64,000 nucleotides of DNA. It comes from Oscillospiraceae bacterium. Lineage in GTDB: Bacteria; Bacillota; Clostridia; UBA1381; UBA9506. The stretch spans positions 44,802 through 108,801 of the forward strand of contig SVJJ01000003.1 in the NCBI GenBank assembly GCA_015069045.1, read 5' to 3'. The notes beneath the pieces are model-generated. The model saw only the letters and a list, made by a program, of their open reading frames with translations. It was not told the DNA's origin and ran no database searches. The position numbers and the translations under genes were made by a program. Below are positions 55,386-64,000 of this stretch, piece after piece (position 1 is the stretch's first letter; each line of letters opens with the position of its first letter).

Positions 55386-56243
55386 CTATATAAACATACA
55401 GGTTCCTACAAAACACAAAATCAATCCAAAAACAAATCTTTTATTAACACGCTCTCTCAGACAAAGCCATCCTAAAATTGTCGTAGATACAATTGTTGCG
55501 CCTGTAATGACCGGATAACCCGCCGATGCAGCAATGTTTATAGAACCTAAAAGCTGTAAAAAATATGCCAAGCCGCTGGCAGCCGCAACCGAGGCAATAA
55601 TCAAAAAAGAGCGACAATTAAAGATTTTTTGTTTCTCCTTATGTCCCTTGTCACGATAAAACTGAGTTAAAGCAAACCCTGCAACACCTAGAATCAAATT
55701 GGCAACAATAACAAAATCCGTTGCCGAAACCGCCAGAGGATTGATTTGATGTTCCTTGGTAATAATACCCACAATCCCATTAAAGCAAAAAACAGCTAAA
55801 CACATAAGTGTCATTTTCAGAGACACCTTTTTATCGTCATAATGTAAAATAATCATGGATACAGTCATTAAAGAAAGACCTATTACACCCAAGGGGGAAA
55901 AGGGTTCATGTAAAAAGGCAATTCCCCAAACATAGGGCAACATCATACCGCCTGCCATTAAAAAAACAGTATAAAGTGCCGTTTGTCCCTTGCCCATAAT
56001 GCGAAACCCAAGAAGCCGATATAAAGTGACAAAAATAGCATAGATGGCACCCATAATAACAGAATATAAGCTAAGTTCCAGTTGAAAACCATTGACAACA
56101 AAAAAGAGTAAAGCTGTCAAAAGGCCGACCAAATAATTAAATGTCATAAATGCTTGTTTCCCTGTGTGACCATCTTTTTGGTAATAGCTTGTAAGGGTGT
56201 AATTCAAACCATACATAACCGCAGACAAAATTAATAAAATCAT
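55386..56243 (-). CDS. DMT-superfamily (EamA-like) transporter
   Basis: About 10 TM helices arranged as two similar halves, 285 aa. Confidence 0.65.
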   Translation of the reverse strand: MILLILSAVMYGLNYTLTSYYQKDGHTGKQAFMTFNYLVGLLTALLFFVVNGFQLELSLYSVIMGAIYAIFVTLYRLLGFRIMGKGQTALYTVFLMAGGMMLPYVWGIAFLHEPFSPLGVIGLSLMTVSMIILHYDDKKVSLKMTLMCLAVFCFNGIVGIITKEHQINPLAVSATDFVIVANLILGVAGFALTQFYRDKGHKEKQKIFNCRSFLIIASVAAASGLAYFLQLLGSINIAASAGYPVITGATIVSTTILGWLCLRERVNKRFVFGLILCFVGTCMFI

Positions 56244-56415
56244 AGTATATCCCTTCCTGTTAATTTTGCAACAGCCGCAATATCAACAAGGATAATACGC
56301 ATATTGTATATGAATTAATTGTATCATATGCAAAAAGGAAAATCAATAAAAACAAGAATATCGGTTGAATTTTTTTATAAGCTATGCTACAATAGAGCCA
56401 TAGGAGTGGATGGAG

Positions 56416-57195
56416 ATGATACATAAAATTACAGCCACAGACCATAAGGTTGTCAAAGAAATTTCTGCATTAAAAGAAAAAAAATATAGGGAACGATATG
56501 GCGCTTTTTTAGTGGAGGGTGCCATGTCTGTTTTGTGGGCTTTAGACTCTGCTTATCAGGTAAAATCTATTGTCATCAGTCAGGATTTTTCGCTCCCGCA
56601 AACTATTTCTGCCTTGTTGGCTAATATCCCCGTTTATCGGGTCCCCGACCGGTTATTCACCAAGATGTCTGACACAAAAACGCCCCAGGGTATTCTGTGT
56701 GTTTGTGCCTTGCCCCAAACTCCTCCCTTGCCAACAAAAGGCATGTATCTATATTGTGATAAAGTGCAGGACCCTGGTAATGTGGGAACCATGATTCGCA
56801 CAGCAGATGCAATGGGTTTTAGCGGTGTTATGCTTTCCCCGGAATGTGTAGATCCATATAACCCTAAATTGGTCCGTTCTACTATGGGTTCCTTATTCCA
56901 CATACAAATTTTTACAGACATAACGCCGGAAGTACTGACCACTATGCAAGGGTGTGGATTTACTTTGGTTGTTTCTGCCCTGCATACAAGGAGCCTTTCT
57001 GTGGAAAATTGGCAGCCTATGGCCAACACGATAGTGGCTGTGGGTAACGAAGCAAAAGGGGTTTCTGACCCCATTCTGCATCTTGCTGATACCATTGTAA
57101 AAATCCCCATGGCCGGAAGTGCTGAATCTTTAAATGTGGCAGCTGCCGCCTCTATATTAATGTATGAGGCTGCACAAAAAGGAGGGCTTTTGTGA
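56416..57195 (+). CDS. TrmH/SpoU-family RNA 2'-O-methyltransferase (RlmB-like)
   Basis: DPGNVGTMIRTADAMG, VAVGNEAKG and ESLNVAAAASILMYE. The ATG at 56416 is better spaced from TAGGAG than the ATG at 56410. Confidence 0.85.
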   Translation: MIHKITATDHKVVKEISALKEKKYRERYGAFLVEGAMSVLWALDSAYQVKSIVISQDFSLPQTISALLANIPVYRVPDRLFTKMSDTKTPQGILCVCALPQTPPLPTKGMYLYCDKVQDPGNVGTMIRTADAMGFSGVMLSPECVDPYNPKLVRSTMGSLFHIQIFTDITPEVLTTMQGCGFTLVVSALHTRSLSVENWQPMANTIVAVGNEAKGVSDPILHLADTIVKIPMAGSAESLNVAAAASILMYEAAQKGGLL

Positions 57196-57659
57196 CCAAT
57201 TTTTTTATGCAGGAGGCCCTTTCAGAAGCAAAAAAAGGAGCCCAAACAGGCGAAGTCCCTGTAGGGGCCATATTAGTACATAATAAAAAAATAATCTGCC
57301 GTGCCCATAACCTAACAGAAAGCGGTTCCGGTATTTTAGCCCATGCTGAAATGTTAGTACTATCTGAGGGGTTACATCTCTTAGGCTCTCGCCGTTTGGA
57401 AAATTGCACCTTATATGTAACCTTAGAGCCTTGCCCCATGTGCGCGGGAGCAATTTTGCTTGCCAAGCCTGGCCAGCTATATTTCGGTGCCTACGATGCT
57501 GTTGCAGGTGCTTGCGGCGGAAAAAATGATTTGCTACGTAACACCTCCATAGAAGTTTATGGTGGCATTATGGAAGAAGAATGTACCGCCCTATTAAAAG
57601 AGTTTTTCAAAAATCTGCGGAAAAAGGATTATGAACAAACCCGCTCTGCTCGATTGTAA
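57192..57659 (+). CDS. tadA: tRNA adenosine(34) deaminase
   Basis: GEVPVGAILV, HAEMLVL and TLEPCPMCAGA. The GTG start follows AAGGAGGG and overlaps the trmH stop. Confidence 0.9.
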   Translation: MTNFFMQEALSEAKKGAQTGEVPVGAILVHNKKIICRAHNLTESGSGILAHAEMLVLSEGLHLLGSRRLENCTLYVTLEPCPMCAGAILLAKPGQLYFGAYDAVAGACGGKNDLLRNTSIEVYGGIMEEECTALLKEFFKNLRKKDYEQTRSARL

Positions 57660-58012
57660 GAGCAAGATTTCACATGAAATTTTTCCTCCACGGCTTGTGC
57701 TATTTTCATAACATCTGTTTGGCTTGTAGCCCATAAAGCATATGTAAAGGTCTCAAACTGACTTTTAGAATGGATGTTGCCACCGGCTACGGCGCATGAT
57801 CTCTCTTTGGCCAGTTCTTTTATGTAAGCCGTAACTTCCTCCTCCATCAGCCAATGGTTTTCCTGATTTTGACAAGGAACACAAAATTGATAAAGTGTTC
57901 CCCTTTTTTTGCCTCCTCGGTCATAGGTAGCTAAAATAGCTAACGCGGATAATACTGCAAGTACACAGGACAGCCATTTGCCCCTGCTATTTTTCTTCTT
58001 CGCCAAGCACAT
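57629..58012 (-). CDS. Hypothetical membrane-anchored protein
   Basis: One N-terminal TM helix (WLSCVLAVLSALAILA). The ATG at 58012 follows GAGAGGGG. The 3' end overlaps tadA convergently by 31 nt. No family recognised. Confidence 0.4.
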   Translation of the reverse strand: MCLAKKKNSRGKWLSCVLAVLSALAILATYDRGGKKRGTLYQFCVPCQNQENHWLMEEEVTAYIKELAKERSCAVAGGNIHSKSQFETFTYALWATSQTDVMKIAQAVEEKFHVKSCSYNRAERVCS

Positions 58013-58194
58013 CGCCCCTCTCTTTTCCACAGTTCCATATTAACATACTCGCATATGTTTGTCAAGAAATCTCCATCGCTGCAAATGATGCAAACTTTAT
58101 AAAAAAAGGCTGGAAAAAAATTAGATTTTATGATACAATGAAAGATAGTGTAATAAAATGTCTATAGATTCTTAAAAGGAGACTTGATATACAT

Positions 58195-60663
58195 ATGGCA
58201 GCTGCAAAGAAGAAATCAACAAAAAAATCAAAAAAGGCAACCCAGCAGACCATCGCTTCGCCCATGAAAAGTGAATTAAAATCCCTATTAATTGTAGTGG
58301 GCGGTCTTTTATTGGCTGTTTTCCTCTATGCTCCCAGTGGCATTGTAGGGGAATGGGTTCGCGCGCTATGTTGCGGTCTTTTAGGCTTTCCTGCATTTTT
58401 AACGCCACTATTATGTTTAGCCTTCGGCATTCATCGTGCTATTGGGCGGCAATACGAAGAAAATAAAACGAAATATATGCAGTGCGGTCTCATTATTTTA
58501 TCCCTGTCCTCTCTGTTTCAATTATTCTCAGGCATTAAAGCAATGAATCCTATTTTGCTCGCAAGCCTGGGAGAGTATTGGTGGAACGGCACCATGGGAT
58601 ACGGCGGCGGTGTAGTTGGCGGCATCATTTGTGATATTTTTGCCAATACGGTTGGCTCTATTGCCGCCGGCATTATTCTCATTACAATCTTGCTAATACT
58701 CATCATGATTTTAACAAAATGGTCACCCTTAAAAGCCCTACTGAGACTGTTAGTACGTTGCTTTATGGATGTTAAAACCATACAAATGGAAGCTGTTCGC
58801 GAGGCACAGGAAAGCAAAGCCGAACTGATGCGTAAGCGTAGCCTGCCAAACTTTAGTGATGACGAAGTTGTTTGTGATAAATTGGAAGGCACCAATAAAT
58901 CCACTCAGGTTATAAAAAAGCCCTACGATGACGAAAGTTATATTCCCGAAGCCATTCGCAACATTTCTATTGATGACCAAACCGAGCTTGATTATAATTT
59001 TAAAGATTTAGATGCCATTTTAGATAAGGTACTTCCCGAATCAGAAGGCTCATTGATTCCCGCAACAGCCCCCACCGATATGGACACTGCCTCACAAGAA
59101 AATCAGGAGGAAGGCGCCTCCCATACCCCTATTGTGACAAAGGCAGAATCTCTCTCCCAAGAAGAAACTGATGAAATCGCCCAAGAAATAGAGGATGCTT
59201 TTGAGAAAATTCCGTATACCTGTCCTGATGTATCCCTACTTAATCCTCCCGCCACCGGAATAAACACTGCTGATTCACGAGCAGAATTAAAGGAAACTGC
59301 CTCCAAATTAATCGCTACTCTAAAAAGTTTTAACGTAGAGGCAAGGCTGTTAAACGTTAGCAAGGGTCCAACCGTTACGCGCTATGAGCTGAAACCGGGC
59401 GATGGTGTAAAAGTAAGTAAAATTGTGGGTCTTGCCGATGATATTGCCCTACGACTGGCAGCTACAGGTGTGCGAATTGAGGCACCCATTCCGGGGCGAG
59501 AAGCTATTGGCATTGAAATCCCCAATAAATCCATCGACGTAGTGAGCATTCGCGAAGTGCTGGATTCGGAGGACTTTACTTCTTTTCCCTCTAAACTGGC
59601 CTTTGCTTTGGGGAAAGATATTGCCGGAAAGAATGTGGTGGTGGATTTAGGAAAAATGCCCCACTTATTGATTGCAGGCACAACCGGTTCCGGTAAGAGT
59701 GTTTGTATTAACACCTTAATTGCCAGCATCATTTACAAAGCTGACCCTAACGATGTCAAATTGCTCATGGTTGACCCCAAGGTGGTAGAACTGAATGTGT
59801 ATAACGGGATACCCCACTTAATGATTCCCGTTGTGACAGATCCCCGCCGTGCCTCCGGTGCACTTTATTGGGCTGTTCAAGAAATGACACGCCGTTATGC
59901 CTTGTTTGCTGAATGTAATGTTCGAGACGTAAAGGGATATAACAACATGATAATTGAATCCGGCGGTGAAAATACCTTACCCCATATTGTGATTATCATT
60001 GATGAGTTGGCAGACTTAATGATGGTAGCGCCCGGGGAAGTGGAAGACTCTATTTGCCGTCTAGCCCAAATGGCACGGGCTGCCGGCATGCACTTAGTTG
60101 TGGCAACCCAACGTCCTTCCGCCGATGTCATCACCGGATTAATTAAAGCCAATATTCCCTCTCGCATTGCTTTTGCTGTATCTTCAAACATTGATAGTCG
60201 TGTTATCTTAGATGCAGTCGGCGCTGAAAAACTGATGGGTCGAGGCGATATGCTCTTTTCTCCTGTCGGTTCTTCTAAGCCTACTCGCCTGCAAGGCGCA
60301 TTTATCTCTGATAAGGAAGTTGAACGTGTGGTTGAATTTATTAAAAGCGGTTCTGTAACGCGCTATGATGAAGATATTATTGAAAAAATAGAAAACGGAA
60401 AAACCGTTACCATAAATGATGGAAACAACCACGATGCCGGAGATAATGATGAATTGTTGCCTCGTGCCATTGAAATAGCTGTAGACACAGGTAAAATTTC
60501 TGCATCCTATCTCCAACGTCGGTTAAAAATTGGTTTTTCCCGTGCCGCTCGCATTGTAGACCAAATGGAGGAACGAGGATGGATTGGCCCTCAGGACGGC
60601 AGCAAACCTCGTGAGGTGCTTTTATCGAAAGAAGATTATTTAGAAATGAGCATTCGGTCATGA
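58195..60663 (+). CDS. ftsK: DNA translocase FtsK/SpoIIIE
   Basis: N-terminal TM helices, an acidic linker, the motor with [16 protein letters not shown] and [13 protein letters not shown], and a C-terminal gamma domain ([24 protein letters not shown]). Confidence 0.95.
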   Translation: MAAAKKKSTKKSKKATQQTIASPMKSELKSLLIVVGGLLLAVFLYAPSGIVGEWVRALCCGLLGFPAFLTPLLCLAFGIHRAIGRQYEENKTKYMQCGLIILSLSSLFQLFSGIKAMNPILLASLGEYWWNGTMGYGGGVVGGIICDIFANTVGSIAAGIILITILLILIMILTKWSPLKALLRLLVRCFMDVKTIQMEAVREAQESKAELMRKRSLPNFSDDEVVCDKLEGTNKSTQVIKKPYDDESYIPEAIRNISIDDQTELDYNFKDLDAILDKVLPESEGSLIPATAPTDMDTASQENQEEGASHTPIVTKAESLSQEETDEIAQEIEDAFEKIPYTCPDVSLLNPPATGINTADSRAELKETASKLIATLKSFNVEARLLNVSKGPTVTRYELKPGDGVKVSKIVGLADDIALRLAATGVRIEAPIPGREAIGIEIPNKSIDVVSIREVLDSEDFTSFPSKLAFALGKDIAGKNVVVDLGKMPHLLIAGTTGSGKSVCINTLIASIIYKADPNDVKLLMVDPKVVELNVYNGIPHLMIPVVTDPRRASGALYWAVQEMTRRYALFAECNVRDVKGYNNMIIESGGENTLPHIVIIIDELADLMMVAPGEVEDSICRLAQMARAAGMHLVVATQRPSADVITGLIKANIPSRIAFAVSSNIDSRVILDAVGAEKLMGRGDMLFSPVGSSKPTRLQGAFISDKEVERVVEFIKSGSVTRYDEDIIEKIENGKTVTINDGNNHDAGDNDELLPRAIEIAVDTGKISASYLQRRLKIGFSRAARIVDQMEERGWIGPQDGSKPREVLLSKEDYLEMSIRS

Positions 60664-62642
60664 TGGGAATAAACTCCGGATTTTTGCCGGTTTCCCGCAG
60701 GGAAATGGATGCTTTAGGTTGGGATGCTCCTGATTTTATTTATATTTCAGGTGATGCTTATGTGGACCACCCCTCCTTTGCCGTGTCGGTAGTGACAAGA
60801 GTGTTAACCGCCGCCGGCTATCGAGTGGGGGTTATTGCACAACCTGATTGGCAAAGCCCGGAACCCTTTACTGTGTTAGGGCGACCAAAATTAGGTGCCT
60901 TTATCGGCGCTGGTAATTTAGACTCTATGGTATCCCATTATACTGCCGCAAAGAAACCAAGGCGACAGGATTTATATTCCCCCGGTGGCATTGCCGGCAA
61001 GCGACCGGACCGAGCTACCATTGTTTATGCAAACCGTGTTCGGGAAGCCTTTCCCGATTTGCCTATTATGATTGGCGGCATTGAAGCCAGTCTGCGTCGT
61101 TTGGCTCATTATGATTACTGGCAAGATAACGTGCGACGTTCCCTTTTGTTAGATAGCCGTGCCGATTTATTGATTTACGGCATGGGAGAATCCGCTGCCG
61201 TAGAAATTGCAGATGCTTTGGCAAAGGGCAACGCCGTTTCACAGCTAAAAAATATTCGTGGCACTTGTTATGTTACAAGCCATCTGGAGGATATAAAATC
61301 TGAGTATATTTGTCTTCCCTCCTACGAAGCAGTTGCAACTGACAAGGTCCAGTATGCCAAAGCCACCTGCATTGCCTTCTATGAACAGGACCATGTGCGA
61401 GGCAAAACCCTGGTGCAAGCCCACAATAATCGATATGTGGTGCAAAATCCACCTATGCCCCCTCTGTGCGGCACAGCCTTAGATGCAGTCTATGAACTGC
61501 CATATGTCCGTAGCGCTCACCCCATGTATGATGATGCAGGTGGTGTGCCTGCCCTGGCTGAGGTGCAGTTCAGCATTGCCTCTTCCCGAGGCTGCTTTGG
61601 CTCTTGTAATTTTTGTTCACTCACCTTTCACCAAGGTCGAGTTGTAACAGCCCGGAGCCACGAATCTATTTTAAAAGAAGCTTCTGTTATAAAGGATTTA
61701 GCCGGCTTTAAAGGCTATATTCACGATGTAGGCGGGCCAACAGCTAACTTTTACCATGCTGCCTGCAAAAAACAACAAAAAAAAGGCATCTGTCGGGATA
61801 AACGCTGTTTATTTCCCAAGCCCTGTGCCGCTATGGATGTAAACCATGAGGATTATATAAATCTGCTGAAAAAATTGCGGGCCCTACCCTATGTTAAAAA
61901 GGTTTTTATTCGTTCTGGCATTCGTTTTGACTATGTTATGGCCGATAAGGATGACAGCTTTTTTTATGAACTTTTAGCCCATCATGTTAGCGGACAACTT
62001 AAGGTAGCGCCGGAACACATTGCCGATACCGTTTTAGCCGCTATGGGAAAACCGGAGCATAAAGTATACGAGGCCTTTCGTAAGAAATTTAAGAGGATAA
62101 ACGAATCCTTGGACAAGGAGCAGTATTTAGTGCCTTATTTAATGTCCGGTCACCCCGGCTCTACATTAAAGGAGGCTATTGAGCTGGCTGTTTACCTGCG
62201 TCGGGAAAAAATAAAACCGGAGCAAGTACAGGATTTTTATCCTACCCCCGGCTCCATTTCTACCGCTATGTATTACACAGGCTTAGATCCCTTTACTATG
62301 AAGCCTGTCTATATACCAAAAGGCGAAGACAAAGCAATGCAACGGGCATTATTGCAAGCTTTTTTACCTGAAAACAGAGTCCTGGTCATGAAGGCACTGC
62401 AAAAAGCCAACCGCACCGATTTAATCGGTTATGGCCCCGACTGCCTAATTCCGCCCAACCATATCAAACCAAAAAATAAAATAAACAAGACGGATAAAAC
62501 TGGAGGAAACCAACATGACAAACGCAAAAATTCTGGACGGCAAGGCCGTATCACAAAGAATCAAGGAAGAACTGAGGCAAGAGGTGGCCGTACTGCAGAC
62601 AAAGGGCGTTCATCCCAGTCTGGCCGTCATTATCGTGGGTGA
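60660..62642 (+). CDS. ygiQ: YgiQ-family radical SAM protein (UPF0313)
   Basis: FLPVSRREM...[17 protein letters not shown]-terminus, radical-SAM CFGSCNFC and a basic C-terminal tail. The ATG overlaps the ftsK stop. Confidence 0.85.
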   Translation: MMGINSGFLPVSRREMDALGWDAPDFIYISGDAYVDHPSFAVSVVTRVLTAAGYRVGVIAQPDWQSPEPFTVLGRPKLGAFIGAGNLDSMVSHYTAAKKPRRQDLYSPGGIAGKRPDRATIVYANRVREAFPDLPIMIGGIEASLRRLAHYDYWQDNVRRSLLLDSRADLLIYGMGESAAVEIADALAKGNAVSQLKNIRGTCYVTSHLEDIKSEYICLPSYEAVATDKVQYAKATCIAFYEQDHVRGKTLVQAHNNRYVVQNPPMPPLCGTALDAVYELPYVRSAHPMYDDAGGVPALAEVQFSIASSRGCFGSCNFCSLTFHQGRVVTARSHESILKEASVIKDLAGFKGYIHDVGGPTANFYHAACKKQQKKGICRDKRCLFPKPCAAMDVNHEDYINLLKKLRALPYVKKVFIRSGIRFDYVMADKDDSFFYELLAHHVSGQLKVAPEHIADTVLAAMGKPEHKVYEAFRKKFKRINESLDKEQYLVPYLMSGHPGSTLKEAIELAVYLRREKIKPEQVQDFYPTPGSISTAMYYTGLDPFTMKPVYIPKGEDKAMQRALLQAFLPENRVLVMKALQKANRTDLIGYGPDCLIPPNHIKPKNKINKTDKTGGNQHDKRKNSGRQGRITKNQGRTEARGGRTADKGRSSQSGRHYRG

Positions 62643-63372
62643 TGACCCCGCCTCCCGCATTTATGTAAATAATAAAAAGAAGGCTTGTGAATATATCGGT
62701 ATTCGTTCTGAGGAGTATGCTCTCCCCGGTAATACCACACAGGAAGAGCTTTTAACCTTAATTGAAACCCTGAACGAAAGTAACATTGATGGCATCCTTT
62801 GTCAATTACCTCTCCCCTCTCACTTAGATGAAAAAGCGGTGATAAATGCCATTCGCCCCGATAAGGACGTGGATGCCTTTCACCCTGTTAATGTGGGTAA
62901 AATCATGATTGGAGATTACGATTTCCTGCCATGCACCCCTGCCGGTGTTATGGAGTTAATTAAGGAAAGCGGCATTAGCATTGTCGGCAAGGAATGCGTG
63001 GTTATTGGTCGCAGCAATATTGTAGGCAAGCCCATGTCAATGCTATTGCTCCATGCCCATGGCACAGTCACAATTTGTCATTCCAAAACCCGTGATTTAG
63101 CTGAAACAGTCCGGCAGGCCGATATTGTGGTGGCGGCTGTTGGTGTGCCTGAACTCATTACCGGTGATATGATTAAAGAGGGCGCCGTTGTAATTGATGT
63201 TGGCATGAATCGTTTGCCAAACGGCAAATTGGTTGGCGATGTAGCCTTTGATGCCGCAATTGAAAAAGCCTCGGCTATAACACCTGTTCCCGGTGGCGTT
63301 GGTCCCATGACCATTGCCATGCTGATGAAAAACACAGTTAAAGCCAGCCTTTTGCATCAAGAGCTTAAATGA
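62515..63372 (+). CDS. folD: Bifunctional methylene-THF dehydrogenase / methenyl-THF cyclohydrolase
   Basis: ILDGK......I........L......[29 protein letters not shown] and [20 protein letters not shown]. Confidence 0.95.
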   Translation: MTNAKILDGKAVSQRIKEELRQEVAVLQTKGVHPSLAVIIVGDDPASRIYVNNKKKACEYIGIRSEEYALPGNTTQEELLTLIETLNESNIDGILCQLPLPSHLDEKAVINAIRPDKDVDAFHPVNVGKIMIGDYDFLPCTPAGVMELIKESGISIVGKECVVIGRSNIVGKPMSMLLLHAHGTVTICHSKTRDLAETVRQADIVVAAVGVPELITGDMIKEGAVVIDVGMNRLPNGKLVGDVAFDAAIEKASAITPVPGGVGPMTIAMLMKNTVKASLLHQELK

Positions 63373-63430
63373 CTAGAATCCCTGTCAAAGAGCATTCTCT
63401 CAAATAATTGAAAAAACATGCAAAAAACTC

Positions 63431-63459
63431 TTGCTTTTAGCAAAATAATTTGTTATAAT
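63431..63459 (+). promoter_or_regulatory. Putative sigma-A promoter of rpmB
   Basis: TTGCTT, a 17-nt spacer, then TATAAT preceded by TGt (extended -10). Confidence 0.6.
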
Positions 63460-63549
63460 ATAGGTTGTCAATTTATTGGTTGGGTTTTATTGCTGACCAA
63501 AAAACATATAATTAGTATAATGTACCTGAATATGGGAGGTGTACGATAG

Positions 63550-63738
63550 ATGGCAAAATGTGCAGTTTGTGGAAAAAGTATGGTGTTTGGCATTAAGGTT
63601 AGCCATTCTCACAGAAGATCCAACAGAACCTGGAAGCCCAATATCAGAAAGGTTAAGGCATTAGTGAACGGAACTCCGAAAACCATTAGTGTATGTTCCA
63701 GATGTCTTCGTTCCGATAAAGTGACTAGAGCAATCTAA
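63550..63738 (+). CDS. rpmB: 50S ribosomal protein L28
   Basis: MAKCAVCGK....G..VSHS.RRSNRTWKPN...V. 62 aa. GGGAGGTG RBS. Confidence 0.95.
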   Translation: MAKCAVCGKSMVFGIKVSHSHRRSNRTWKPNIRKVKALVNGTPKTISVCSRCLRSDKVTRAI

Positions 63739-63755
63739 TGAACAAGCAAAAAAAA

Positions 63756-63797
63756 TTGGAGGCCAGTACTTTGAAAGTATGGGTCTCCAATTTTTTA
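63756..63797 (+). terminator. rpmB intrinsic terminator
   Basis: TTGGAGGCC-N17-GGGTCTCCAA followed by TTTTTTAT. Confidence 0.75.
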
Positions 63798-63843
63798 TAA
63801 AATAATGCATACAAAATGAGTTGTATTAAAAATGATTGTTTAC

Positions 63844-64000
63844 CTACATCTCATGCTTTTTAAAATGTTTTTTCATATAGACCAAAAGAATCAAACCCAA
63901 AACAGGGAAAAGGGTTGCAATGAGCACGCCAACTTTAAATCCCACCTGTTCAGGGGTTAGCGACAATGCCTGCCCAAATGTTTTGGCCCACTCCGTAAGA
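63844..64000 (-). CDS. 3' end of an unidentified membrane-protein gene (5' end lies outside the window)
   Basis: An open minus-strand frame runs to the window edge and ends ...VGFKVGVLIATLFPVLGLILLVYMKKHFKKHEM*. Confidence 0.35.
   Translation of the reverse strand, partial: LTEWAKTFGQALSLTPEQVGFKVGVLIATLFPVLGLILLVYMKKHFKKHEM

Noticed and set aside
1-64000. tRNA, rRNA, transposase, integrase or prophage structural genes
   Set aside because: I scanned the intergenic regions and the ORF translations by eye and found none. A tRNAscan/Infernal run would be needed for certainty about small RNAs.

Overview
This 64-kb window is chromosomal DNA from an endospore-forming Firmicute, probably Clostridia-like, since spoIIGA and pro-sigE are present. 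I saw no rRNA genes, tRNA genes, CRISPR arrays, transposases or integrases. About 55 of the tracked ORFs look real. The rest are antisense shadows inside longer genes.

Most of the window is housekeeping:
- a glucuronide/KDG catabolic cluster (kdgK, eda, a GPH symporter, uidA);
- rnj-metK and a two-component system followed by a NifS-like gene;
- aroK, a HIT protein and rdgB;
- a TPP riboswitch controlling thiT;
- three tandem M42 peptidases coupled to murD;
- galE, a prsA-like gene, and mfd-pth;
- recD2-miaA-mutL;
- the rseP-dxr-cdsA-uppS-frr-pyrH block;
- spoIIGA-sigE, upp, rpsU (58 aa, missing from the ORF track) and murA;
- trmH-tadA, ftsK-ygiQ-folD and rpmB.

The unusual part is roughly 41.0-47.3 kb, a minus-strand gene train that ends in a strongly AT-rich island immediately upstream of spoIIGA. 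It contains four things worth following up:
1. A translationally coupled pair of an AbiJ-like HEPN protein and a GIY-YIG/DUF4357 nuclease. This is my best candidate for an uncharacterised defence module.
2. Several small orphan proteins, each preceded by a conserved leader module of about 60 nt. The module carries tandem Spo0A-box-like heptamers (TGNCGAA-N3-TGNCGAA) directly next to the ribosome-binding site.
3. A 4+4 convergent array of the heptamer GCGATAT, interleaved with short hairpins, upstream of an Avd/23S-IVS-type four-helix-bundle gene.
4. A 26-nt direct repeat (25/26 identical) bracketing about 4.4 kb of this region.

All protein calls come from reading motifs by eye. I ran no database searches.
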